Positions 17,592-25,350 of a DNA stretch of 64,000 nt are shown in pieces. Position 1 is the stretch's first letter; each line of letters opens with the position of its first letter. Source of the stretch: a phage; sequence record PX994957.1, one strand, 5' to 3'. The notes beneath the pieces were generated by a model. The model ran no database searches, was not told the origin of the DNA, and was given only the letters and a program-made list of their open reading frames with translations. Position numbers and translations under genes: made by a program.

Positions 17592-17621
17592 ACTATATCA
17601 TTTTTACTTCAGCTTGTAAAC
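17592..17621 (-). promoter_or_regulatory. T-even early promoter upstream of srd
   Basis: GTTTAC (17616-17621), 18-nt spacer, TATAGT (17592-17597). Confidence 0.5.
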
Positions 17622-17677
17622 AACTTTATGTAAAATGCTTTAAAACTTTCGTGGTATAATGAATCTAAGTCCTTCCA

Positions 17678-18280
17678 TTATAGATTAAATCCTTCAAAAT
17701 CAAGAGTATAGATAGTGTATGTTGAATACTTTTTATACTCATATCTATCTGCAATTCTAAATACACTTCCAGCTGGTATCATTACTTCTTGTTCATCTGA
17801 AACTAATTCCATATTACGATAACGATGGCTATCCGGAAACTTAAAGTTTGGATTGTATTCTTTACAGCGTAGAGCTTTTATAGCATACTCCTGGAAATTG
17901 AATACCATAGGAGCTTTGAATTCAAAAATAACCTGTGTGTTATACTCTAAACCGGAAGCAAAATGTAGAGCTATATTTTTATCATATGAAGCTGATACTA
18001 CTTTATCAAATGTAATAATATCAATTCCTTGATTTAACACTTGCTTAGTCTCGACTGGAACACCTCTCCAAAGAGGTTTATCGTTTGGTTCCAAACGAGA
18101 TTTGATTATTTCATTTAACCAAGTATGGTCATCTGGTTTGTTGGTAATACAATGAATTAAAAGTTCAATTTCAGATAAATTAAACCCTTCAGAAAGTAAT
18201 TCTTCACGAATAGAAGCACGCACCGATGCATCCATTGATTTTATTTTAAAATCTTTTAGTTGCATTACTGAGTATTTCAT
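17678..18280 (-). CDS. modA: ModA ADP-ribosyltransferase
   Basis: 200 aa, equal to T4 ModA; ART-like R / S-x-S / E-x-E pattern (LWRGV, SAS, EQEVMIP). Confidence 0.75.
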   Translation of the reverse strand: MKYSVMQLKDFKIKSMDASVRASIREELLSEGFNLSEIELLIHCITNKPDDHTWLNEIIKSRLEPNDKPLWRGVPVETKQVLNQGIDIITFDKVVSASYDKNIALHFASGLEYNTQVIFEFKAPMVFNFQEYAIKALRCKEYNPNFKFPDSHRYRNMELVSDEQEVMIPAGSVFRIADRYEYKKYSTYTIYTLDFEGFNL

Positions 18281-18900
18281 TCAACTACCTCAATATCATA
18301 AACTTTAAATGTTCCAAATGAATCGTGTAATTTTTCTTTTGAAATAGAAGTTATTTTATACTTTCCAATTGGAATCATCCATTCTTGTTCACGCACAATC
18401 ATCATTAAGTTATCAGTTCTTTCTGAATCTAACCCGTCAGTATCTTCATACGTGTACTTAAACTCAGTATTAGGAGAAGAAAGTATAATATCGCTGATAT
18501 GGTCAGAATAATTAAAAGCTTTATCAGTTTTTAAGCGAAAAATTATTTCAGTGAAATATTCAGCATAAGAAAAAGAACACGCTGTATGCAAACTAGTAGT
18601 AAATGAATCTACCCTGTTCGTTGAAAACACTTCTCCAACTTGTAAATCTTTAATGAGTTCTTTTGTCGATTTTGATATACCACGATATAATTGATAAGGC
18701 GATTTAATTAAATGCTTTTTAATGATTTTATTCAACTGTCTGTGAAGAGCTTCATTCTTTTTGGCTTCCATACATTGCCAAAGAACAGACTGCTCAAAGT
18801 CAGTAAATTTTTCACAGACCTTTTTATACATATCATATTGAAAATCAACGCTTTCAGCTTTTATAGATAACTGTTCAACATCTGCAAGATTAATAATCAT
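18277..18900 (-). CDS. modB: ModB ADP-ribosyltransferase
   Basis: 207 aa, equal to T4 ModB; paralog of modA (LYRGIS, EQEWMIP). Confidence 0.75.
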   Translation of the reverse strand: MIINLADVEQLSIKAESVDFQYDMYKKVCEKFTDFEQSVLWQCMEAKKNEALHRQLNKIIKKHLIKSPYQLYRGISKSTKELIKDLQVGEVFSTNRVDSFTTSLHTACSFSYAEYFTEIIFRLKTDKAFNYSDHISDIILSSPNTEFKYTYEDTDGLDSERTDNLMMIVREQEWMIPIGKYKITSISKEKLHDSFGTFKVYDIEVVE

Positions 18901-18926
18901 GATAGCCTCCGTATACTTCAGAAGCT

Positions 18927-18956
18927 ATCATATCATCGTTAGAAAGGAAAGTAAAC
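18927..18956 (-). promoter_or_regulatory. T-even early promoter upstream of modB
   Basis: GTTTAC (18951-18956), 18-nt spacer, TATGAT (18927-18932). Confidence 0.5.
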
Positions 18957-18967
18957 AACTTTTTGAA

Positions 18968-19150
18968 TTATTTTGCCCAGGGAGCCCAAGGCGGAGGGTC
19001 AAGATGGTATGAAGCTAGTTCTTCTAGAAGAGCATCTGGAGCTTCAATTCCATAATTCTGTAATACTATACGGTATTCTTTCTTATAATCACTAGAATCA
19101 TTCTGGTTATTCGTAGAATGATTATCTTCTAACATCTCAAATAAATCCAT
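18968..19150 (-). CDS. hypothetical acidic protein
   Basis: 60 aa; ATG 19150 with SD AGGAATTAAT. Confidence 0.5.
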   Translation of the reverse strand: MDLFEMLEDNHSTNNQNDSSDYKKEYRIVLQNYGIEAPDALLEELASYHLDPPPWAPWAK

Positions 19151-19158
19151 ATTAATTC

Positions 19159-19629
19159 CTAGCGATAAAAACCAAATTGACGATTAGCTTCAACAATCTT
19201 TCTTTCTTCTTCAGACATTCTCCAGCGTAGTCCAACGTCAAAATGAGCCCAGACCATCTTAACAAATGCATTTATATCTTTAATATCTTCAATAATGAAT
19301 GTTTTACTTTTCGAAGGTTGACTCGCTAATTTAACTTTATCATCTTCAAACAGGTCAAAAAGACCATATTCATGAGCTCTTTTATAGCCTTTAATAGTTA
19401 AAGCTTCAGAAGAAGAAAACGGTGAATCAGTATTCTGCAAAATATCTTCAGTATGCTTTATAATTAGAATAACATTTTCTGGATATTTTCTTTCTTTTAT
19501 ATCTTTAATTAAAAAATCCGGATTTTCTGCTAAAGGAATAATTAACGAGCATTTTTTACCAAGAGTATTTACTGATTTACCTTCTTTAGACATAAATTCT
19601 ATTGAATAATGTTTTGCTACTTCAATCAT
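19159..19629 (-). CDS. hypothetical protein
   Basis: 156 aa; ATG 19629. Confidence 0.55.
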
Positions 19630-19786
19630 GTGATTTCCTTTTGCCTACTAATGGACCGTCGGGAATTTTGTTTTCCTGGATATATTTCTCATTTTCTTCC
19701 ATCATTTTACTACCGATTTTAAGAAGCAAATCCATTGCTTCATTTGCTTTAGCTTTAGCCTCTTCTAACGTCATATCTTTGTTCAT
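19622..19786 (-). CDS. 54-aa hypothetical protein
   Basis: ATG 19786 overlapping upstream stop (ATGA); [25 protein letters not shown]; absent from ORF track. Confidence 0.4.
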
Positions 19787-19986
19787 GATTTATCACCATA
19801 GATGTCTCTCATCAATTTAAGCGCTGAGCGTTCTAATTTCTTTTCTTTCTCAGCACTAATCATTGATTTCATCCATTCTTCCGATTCGTTCTGCATTTCT
19901 TTATTTGCTTGTTCAACCCAGCCATCATCAATATACATTGAGTTTGGTCGATTAAACCATTCAAATATTTTCTTTAGGACTTTCAT
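19783..19986 (-). CDS. hypothetical protein
   Basis: 67 aa; ATG 19986. Confidence 0.5.
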
Positions 19987-20455
19987 TCATTTTACCTAAA
20001 ACAATAGTAGGAGCATCGTCAAATTTATGAATTTTTAGCAAATTTGGAGTTAATTTATTCCATAAAGAAGTAATAAAATATGATAGCGCAATTTCTTCCG
20101 CAATTATGAATTTATTTCCCTTATCTCCCTTATCTATTTTCCAGTCATGTACTGAATCATATGAATAGAAGGACAGCGGTTTATTGTTATAAAATGCTTC
20201 ACCAACATCAATATAGTTAGATTTAGTAAATGCTTGAATTGACGTAAATGGAGAATTTTGTACAGTTTCAATAATTCCGATCTTTTTAAGTTTTATTTCA
20301 ACATCTTCTGGAACTGGCATTGAAATAAAATCTTCTACTAGATACATGCTATTGTCATATCTTTTGTCAATCATTACTGCTACAGTAATTGGAACATCCT
20401 TGACAAACGCCATACTAATACTATTAATAAACATTTCAAACAAAATTGCTTCCAT
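19961..20455 (-). CDS. hypothetical protein
   Basis: 164 aa from ATG 20455 with SD GAGGAAAATT; track start is TTG. Confidence 0.55.
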   Translation of the reverse strand: MEAILFEMFINSISMAFVKDVPITVAVMIDKRYDNSMYLVEDFISMPVPEDVEIKLKKIGIIETVQNSPFTSIQAFTKSNYIDVGEAFYNNKPLSFYSYDSVHDWKIDKGDKGNKFIIAEEIALSYFITSLWNKLTPNLLKIHKFDDAPTIVLGKMNESPKENI

Positions 20456-20463
20456 AATTTTCC

Positions 20464-20796
20464 TCAATCACAAGATGTAGATGAACAACTAGAATCACAA
20501 GAACTTCCGCATGAATCACTTGCCCATACGTGAACAGGAACATTTGTATCATATGAAGAATTAGAACTTTTAACTTCGTTAGAAGATGTAGGTACTGACC
20601 ATCGCCAAGGATTTTTATAATATTCTTGGGCTTCTTCATAAGTCATAGTAACTGCTTCTACTGTTCCATCTCCCATATAAACATACTCAACTACAGTTAA
20701 AGGAAGGTAGTCATTTGAAATAGGAACTACACCTTCCCCAGGAGTCGTAGAGAAAAAATCCGTAAAGAAACTTTTAAACCAATTAAAGATAAACAC
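20464..20796 (-). CDS. hypothetical protein with Cys/Ser-rich C-terminal tail
   Basis: 110 aa, GTG start after SD GAGAGGT; C-terminus [18 protein letters not shown]. Confidence 0.5.
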   Translation of the reverse strand: MFIFNWFKSFFTDFFSTTPGEGVVPISNDYLPLTVVEYVYMGDGTVEAVTMTYEEAQEYYKNPWRWSVPTSSNEVKSSNSSYDTNVPVHVWASDSCGSSCDSSCSSTSCD

Positions 20797-21002
20797 TACA
20801 AAAAACCTCTCTTGAATTCAACTTGCTTCTCGCCATAATCATATCGAATCTCTGCATTAAATTCGACAGAACCATCTGCGTACATCATAAATGAATGCAC
20901 AACAACTTCTGTGGACCATGGCTGCAGTTCATATTTCTTCATTACATGTCGTGAAATGATAATATCTAAATCTTCATTTGGTTTAATCCAACGATTTAAC
21001 AT
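20796..21002 (-). CDS. hypothetical protein (soc.x-type)
   Basis: 68 aa; ATG 21002 with SD GAGGAGAGCAC. Confidence 0.55.
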   Translation of the reverse strand: MLNRWIKPNEDLDIIISRHVMKKYELQPWSTEVVVHSFMMYADGSVEFNAEIRYDYGEKQVEFKRGFL

Positions 21003-21027
21003 AGTGCTCTCCTCTATAAGATAATTT

Positions 21028-21057
21028 TATTATACCATACTCATTTTGGAAAGTAAA
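21028..21057 (-). promoter_or_regulatory. T-even early promoter
   Basis: GTTTAC (21052-21057), 18-nt spacer, TATAAT (21028-21033). Confidence 0.5.
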
Positions 21058-21073
21058 CCGGTAAAATGAAAAA

Positions 21074-21091
21074 GGACTCCCTAGGGAGTCC
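21074..21091 (-). terminator. intrinsic terminator after soc
   Basis: perfect palindrome GGACTCCCTAGGGAGTCC followed on minus strand by CUUUUUCAUUUU. Confidence 0.6.
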
Positions 21092-21099
21092 TTGAATTA

Positions 21100-21336
21100 T
21101 TAACCACCTATTTCTGTAGGCGTAAACATTGCAGCATTCTTAGTTTTCCAAGTTGCTGCATCGGAAACTACATCAGAATAAGCTGCTTTTTCTGACGGAA
21201 AGATTTGATAATGAGAATCTGCAATACGGTGTTCATTTGAATATACATCAAATGCTACAGAAACTTCCATACCTTTAACTTCTTTGCCTTCACCTGCTGG
21301 ATGAGTAAAGGTCTTGATGTTAACGAAACCACCCAT
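21100..21336 (-). CDS. soc: Soc small outer capsid protein
   Basis: 78 aa; VNIKTF, SVAF, HYQIFPSEKAAYS resemble T4 Soc; late promoter motif upstream. Confidence 0.75.
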   Translation of the reverse strand: MGGFVNIKTFTHPAGEGKEVKGMEVSVAFDVYSNEHRIADSHYQIFPSEKAAYSDVVSDAATWKTKNAAMFTPTEIGG

Positions 21337-21367
21337 AATAAACTCCTTTATTGTTTAATTACAGGTG

Positions 21368-21375
21368 TATTTATA
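21368..21375 (-). promoter_or_regulatory. T4-type late promoter (TATAAATA) for soc
   Basis: exact TATAAATA on minus strand about 30 nt upstream of soc SD AAAGGAG. Confidence 0.55.
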
Positions 21376-21377
21376 AC

Positions 21378-21518
21378 TTACAATTTAGCGGCTTTCCAGA
21401 GTTGTTCAATAATCTCTTGGTCTATTTCTTTAGTTATTTCATTACGTAATAAAGCAGTAAGGGCTTTCGCCCTTTTCTTATTCAACTTTTTGAGTTGACG
21501 TTTATTTAAACAAGCCAT
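21378..21518 (-). CDS. possible 46-aa basic protein; may be non-coding
   Basis: ATG overlaps gp56 stop (TAATG) but no SD; contains GAAA-loop hairpin (21460-21475) and MotA-box-like TGCTTTA. Confidence 0.3.
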   Translation of the reverse strand: MACLNKRQLKKLNKKRAKALTALLRNEITKEIDQEIIEQLWKAAKL

Positions 21519-22036
21519 TAATAACCTCGGTCTTGACGTGCGAAATTTTCAGCATTTTTCAGGTAATAAAGTTTAAAGATTTCTTCTGCTGTAAGACCAA
21601 GACCTTGGAACATGTTCAGAACGAAATGGAGAATATCAATCATTTCAAACTTAATTTCCAGTTGGTCTTGTGGAGACAAATCAGTAATCAGAGTTTCACG
21701 GCGTTCACCATGCTGCGACTTCCAAGGCTTCCATACAGCAGATGCATCTTTTTCACCATTGCTCATACCACCAAGAGAAGTCAGAAGTTCACGGAATTCA
21801 TCATCAATATAATCTTTCTGATTACGCAACCAATCAACAACTTCACCGGCAGTAGCCAAGTCATCAGGATGACGATTATATTCAGGTTTATCTTTAGCTA
21901 AACGAATTTGCAGAGATTTCTGCATGTCAAGCATTACCTGCAGCGGGTCTTTTTCATCACCGAGAATATCCCAATATTCATTTTGAGCTTTATCAGCGCC
22001 TTCGATCAGTTGACTACATTCGTTGAAATGTGGCAT
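21518..22036 (-). CDS. 56: gp56 dCTPase/dUTPase (MazG-like)
   Basis: 172 aa (T4 gp56 171 aa); ATG 22036 with SD AAAGGAAAAAT. Confidence 0.88.
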   Translation of the reverse strand: MPHFNECSQLIEGADKAQNEYWDILGDEKDPLQVMLDMQKSLQIRLAKDKPEYNRHPDDLATAGEVVDWLRNQKDYIDDEFRELLTSLGGMSNGEKDASAVWKPWKSQHGERRETLITDLSPQDQLEIKFEMIDILHFVLNMFQGLGLTAEEIFKLYYLKNAENFARQDRGY

Positions 22037-22072
22037 GTTATTTTTCCTTTCAATTCATGGGTTAGTAGATTA

Positions 22073-22097
22073 ATTATACAATAAATATATAAAGCAA
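22073..22097 (-). promoter_or_regulatory. MotA-dependent middle promoter for gene 56
   Basis: MotA box TTGCTTTA (22090-22097), 11-nt spacer, TATAAT (22073-22078). Confidence 0.5.
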
Positions 22098-22109
22098 TAA
22101 GGAGGACAT

Positions 22110-22310
22110 ATGGTACAAAAATTAATGGCACTTGTTAATGCCATAAAAGGTAATAAAAAACGTATAGCTTTTACTATTTCTGCTATGGTAGGAATTTTAC
22201 TCTGGAACTTTATTCTATCACCTGTTGCAATTGCGCATGGTATTAATATTCCAGTAGTTACTCTTGATACATTTGTAGATTTAGCATTTGCTTTAGTTGG
22301 GTTAATTTAA
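22110..22310 (+). CDS. 66-aa hydrophobic protein on the opposite strand between 56 and 61
   Basis: strong SD AAGGAGG (22099-22105) then ATG 22110; MVQKLMALVNAIKGNKKRIAFTISAMVGILLWNFILSPVAIAHG; stop interleaved with gp61 stop. Confidence 0.45.
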   Translation: MVQKLMALVNAIKGNKKRIAFTISAMVGILLWNFILSPVAIAHGINIPVVTLDTFVDLAFALVGLI

Positions 22311-23335
22311 ATCTTAGCATATTTAGATAGCCGCATTTTAGCCATCAACCCCTGGGCAATATTATTTTTCATATATTCCATAATTTGTTCAGGGGTTGCA
22401 CCTTCCTTTCTAATCATATCATTAACATCTTTTGATTTCCAGGGAGATTTATCCCAAAACATAACCCTTTCTCCTGCATCAACTAATTTAGTCATTCGCT
22501 TAATAGTGTCAGGATGACGAGGTTCATTATCTAAGACCCACACACGCCTATCTTTAAATGGAACAACTTCTAGGTCTAATTGACCACCCGTAATAGCTAT
22601 ACCATTTTCAATAAAAAGTGAATCTATAGGTCCTTCTAGAACATATACATCGCCATCTTTAACTCGTTCAACACCGTAAATTTTTGTTGCCTCAGGATAA
22701 GCTTTAATGGTGATATATTTTTGAGGAGCATCTTTCTTTAATGCACGTCCTTGAAAAGACTCAGCTTTTCCATTAGCATTATAAATTGGAATAACAAGAC
22801 GAGGCTCAGAAATTTCCTTTTTGTATGTTCCCGGTGCTATGCTATTAACTAATTTAGGCCATTCGGTTGTAAACCAAAGATATTTCCATTTATCCTTTGG
22901 AATACAACGAGCTTTTACATATTTTATAATTGGATGGTCTTCCGCCAGTTTATCTAATCTAACACACGACGGAAGAGATTTAATTATTTTCTTCTCAGGT
23001 TGTTTAGGAAGTTCTTTAGGTTTTTCTACTGGACGACTTTTACCTTTTTCTTTTCTTATTTCAAAGATATACTCACGATATAAATCGGGTTCAAACTCCT
23101 TTAAATATATTCCGATTGGTGCATGATAGTTACAGTTATAACAATGAATATTTCCTTCATTATTATCACCATAATACCATCCACGAGCTTTATTCTGATC
23201 GGTTTTTGAATCTCCACAAACAGGGCATCTAAACCGCAATTTAAAAGTTGAACTATTATTTACTTGTGTGAATTTAGGTAAATGAGCTAATGCACGATAC
23301 GCAAACTCATTATCAATCCAAGGTATTGATGACAT
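22307..23335 (-). CDS. 61: gp61 DNA primase
   Basis: 342 aa, equal to T4 gp61; N-terminal zinc ribbon CPVCGD...CYNC; TOPRIM-like VLEGPIDSL / VLDNEPRHPD. Confidence 0.9.
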   Translation of the reverse strand: MSSIPWIDNEFAYRALAHLPKFTQVNNSSTFKLRFRCPVCGDSKTDQNKARGWYYGDNNEGNIHCYNCNYHAPIGIYLKEFEPDLYREYIFEIRKEKGKSRPVEKPKELPKQPEKKIIKSLPSCVRLDKLAEDHPIIKYVKARCIPKDKWKYLWFTTEWPKLVNSIAPGTYKKEISEPRLVIPIYNANGKAESFQGRALKKDAPQKYITIKAYPEATKIYGVERVKDGDVYVLEGPIDSLFIENGIAITGGQLDLEVVPFKDRRVWVLDNEPRHPDTIKRMTKLVDAGERVMFWDKSPWKSKDVNDMIRKEGATPEQIMEYMKNNIAQGLMAKMRLSKYAKI

Positions 23336-23337
23336 TT

Positions 23338-23502
23338 TTACTCTTCTTTTTCTTTAGATTCCTCTTTCTTCTTTTTAGGAATCTGTTCAGGACCTTTATT
23401 TACTACAGCGCCCGACGTTGTTCCAGTAGAGATATTTTCAGGATTACCACCTGAATCTCCAGCGACCATATCTTCTTTGATAAATTCTTTATATGTTTTC
23501 AT
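23338..23502 (-). CDS. 54-aa Lys/Glu-rich protein
   Basis: ATG 23502 inside repeat copy A (TAATATG junction); MKTYKEFIKEDMVAGDSGGNPEN; absent from ORF track. Confidence 0.45.
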   Translation of the reverse strand: MKTYKEFIKEDMVAGDSGGNPENISTGTTSGAVVNKGPEQIPKKKKEESKEKEE

Positions 23503-23546
23503 ATTAACCTCTATTCATAAAAGCATTAAAAATTTGGTCATCAATA
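23500..23546. repeat. 47-bp direct repeat, copy A
   Basis: catattaacctctattcataaaagcattaaaaatttggtcatcaatag; 2 mismatches to copy B. Confidence 0.8.
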
Positions 23547-23860
23547 GATGGAATAGCAACCTTTTCGGCATCATTTAGCAAATCATTAATTTCATCAGAT
23601 AGCATAACACATGTGCCTTTATTTCCTGTAATTGTTACTGCGCAATTACGAACGTTTTCTTTATCAAATTTTAGGTTAATATTTTCGTAGTGAAAATCCT
23701 TTAATGCCGAATATATCTTTAAAATGAAATTGTCTTTTACTACAATAAACCCAACCTCACTATTAAAACGTGGTTCATGGAAACTGTAATAAACCTTTTC
23801 ATCTATAAAATCGTATGAAATTTTTTCCATTTTTAAATATGAAAATTCAGAACTATACAT
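23504..23860 (-). CDS. hypothetical protein (61.x-type) bracketed by 47-bp direct repeats
   Basis: 118 aa; ATG 23860 with SD AAAGGTTAAT; C-terminus SIDDQIFNAFMNRG shared with next gene. Confidence 0.6.
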   Translation of the reverse strand: MYSSEFSYLKMEKISYDFIDEKVYYSFHEPRFNSEVGFIVVKDNFILKIYSALKDFHYENINLKFDKENVRNCAVTITGNKGTCVMLSDEINDLLNDAEKVAIPSIDDQIFNAFMNRG

Positions 23861-23904
23861 ATTAACCTTTATTCATAAAAGCATTAAAAATTTGATCATC
23901 AATA
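23858..23904. repeat. 47-bp direct repeat, copy B
   Basis: catattaacctttattcataaaagcattaaaaatttgatcatcaatag; 358 bp from copy A. Confidence 0.8.
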
Positions 23905-24494
23905 GAAACATTTACTTTAGACTGTTTTTCTGATGGTAATTCATATCCACATATTACAATTTTGTGATCAATATCAAAATACACAGAAGCAATATGATTA
24001 ATGATGTTTTCAGTAAAGTCTAAATCAACATCAATATCTTTTTGACCACAGCCCAAAGGATAAATAATGCGAGTAATTCGATTATCTTTAACAAATATTC
24101 CACCGACATACTCTGTGCTGCGTTTAAAGTTTACACGTTTCCTAAATGAAAAATATTCAGGTTCTTTATGAGCCCGACTCATAGGACACAATGAGTAGCT
24201 AGAATAAGAGATGTCAAATCCTACACCTTCAATATGAGCCAACGCGTCATGATTAAACCAATTATAATCATATGCCAAATCCATTATATTGTAATATGTG
24301 AAAGGCACCGGATTAACATCATGTGTTGTACCTTTAAAATCTGCCCAGGCAACGATTTCGTTATCTTTAACAATTACAAAAATTGTGTCAATAAGATATC
24401 CACGGTTATTTTCATCAGGCGTTATATTATAACATTGTGCATCAGGAAATTTACCGTATTTAAACGGTGGATTTTTGTGCATATAATAAATCAT
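23862..24494 (-). CDS. hypothetical protein (61.2-type)
   Basis: 210 aa from ATG 24494 with SD AGGTGAATAAT; C-terminus SIDDQIFNAFMNKG. Confidence 0.6.
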   Translation of the reverse strand: MIYYMHKNPPFKYGKFPDAQCYNITPDENNRGYLIDTIFVIVKDNEIVAWADFKGTTHDVNPVPFTYYNIMDLAYDYNWFNHDALAHIEGVGFDISYSSYSLCPMSRAHKEPEYFSFRKRVNFKRSTEYVGGIFVKDNRITRIIYPLGCGQKDIDVDLDFTENIINHIASVYFDIDHKIVICGYELPSEKQSKVNVSIDDQIFNAFMNKG

Positions 24495-24495
24495 A

Positions 24496-24789
24496 TTATT
24501 CACCTGTGATTTCGGTTACGATATTTTTGTTATTAAAGTTTTTATCGCAATACAGAACATAATTATACTGCATTACACCACCAAACTTAAGTTGTTTTTG
24601 CACTTCAGCTTTCATTTTAGGACGATCGCGCTCAACAATATTCATAATATCCGCTTCAATTTGAGTTTCAACTTCAGTCTGATCTGCAGTCATAGACCAT
24701 TCACACAAGTCTTTATCATATCCTGCCATAGCAGGCTGAGCAGCACAAGAAGCCAAAGTAAAAATTGTAGCAAAAATAAATTTTTTCAT
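24496..24789 (-). CDS. sp: Sp (spackle) periplasmic protein
   Basis: 97 aa, equal to T4 Sp; signal peptide MKKFIFATIFTLASCAAQPAMA; SD GAGGAGATTATC. Confidence 0.7.
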   Translation of the reverse strand: MKKFIFATIFTLASCAAQPAMAGYDKDLCEWSMTADQTEVETQIEADIMNIVERDRPKMKAEVQKQLKFGGVMQYNYVLYCDKNFNNKNIVTEITGE

Positions 24790-24817
24790 GATAATCTCCT
24801 CAGTAGTTTATGTTTAT

Positions 24818-24847
24818 ATAATATCTCAATTTCCAACAAAAGTAAAC
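24818..24847 (-). promoter_or_regulatory. candidate early promoter upstream of sp
   Basis: GTTTAC (24842-24847) with A/T-rich -10 region 17-18 nt downstream. Confidence 0.4.
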
Positions 24848-24849
24848 AG

Positions 24850-25107
24850 CTATTTTAAAACTTCTGCATAATCACATGTTACAAACTGTTTCTCTAGCTT
24901 AACGATCTTACGAAAGTATCTTTTGCATTGACGAATCTGCCGTTTCGTAGGACGTACAGCAAACTTAATAAATTCCACTCGACCAAATGGAGGGCTTTCT
25001 TCTGCCGGAATATCTAACACCAATTCCCACGTATCCGCAATAAGTGCTTTGAATTGAGTATTTTTCCTGACGTTATACGGAGTAGGTTTAAATAAAACAA
25101 TATGCAT
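24850..25107 (-). CDS. hypothetical basic protein at the T4 61.4 position
   Basis: 85 aa; ATG 25107 with SD GAGGATAATATG; between sp and dmd. Confidence 0.55.
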   Translation of the reverse strand: MHIVLFKPTPYNVRKNTQFKALIADTWELVLDIPAEESPPFGRVEFIKFAVRPTKRQIRQCKRYFRKIVKLEKQFVTCDYAEVLK

Positions 25108-25108
25108 A

Positions 25109-25291
25109 TTATCCTCGGCAATCTACTTCACATACTTTCTTGTCATCAATGAAAGCTTTAACTAATGCTTTATTAACTTCAGCATATTGAGTAGTAGCCC
25201 ATTGAACGTCATCTTTCATCATTGTGGTTTCTTTAGTAAACATGCTTTCATTCTTAAACCACCCCATAAAAACTACCTTTACCAATTCCAT
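25109..25291 (-). CDS. dmd: Dmd antitoxin (inhibitor of host RnlA/LsoA toxins)
   Basis: 60 aa, equal to T4 Dmd; MELVKVVFMGWFKNESMF; adjacent to gene 41. Confidence 0.75.
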   Translation of the reverse strand: MELVKVVFMGWFKNESMFTKETTMMKDDVQWATTQYAEVNKALVKAFIDDKKVCEVDCRG

Positions 25292-25320
25292 AACAATCTC
25301 CTCATTTAACCAACAAGACT

Positions 25321-25350
25321 ACTATACCATAGTCTTGTCAGTTTGTAAAC
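25321..25350 (-). promoter_or_regulatory. T-even early promoter upstream of dmd
   Basis: GTTTAC (25345-25350), 18-nt spacer, TATAGT (25321-25326); dyad CAAGACTA / TAGTCTTG around -10. Confidence 0.5.

Noticed and set aside
19602-19820. Plus-strand 72-aa ORF between minus-strand genes
   Set aside because: Overlaps minus-strand ORFs at both ends; the interval is better explained by a minus-strand 54-aa ORF with ATGA coupling
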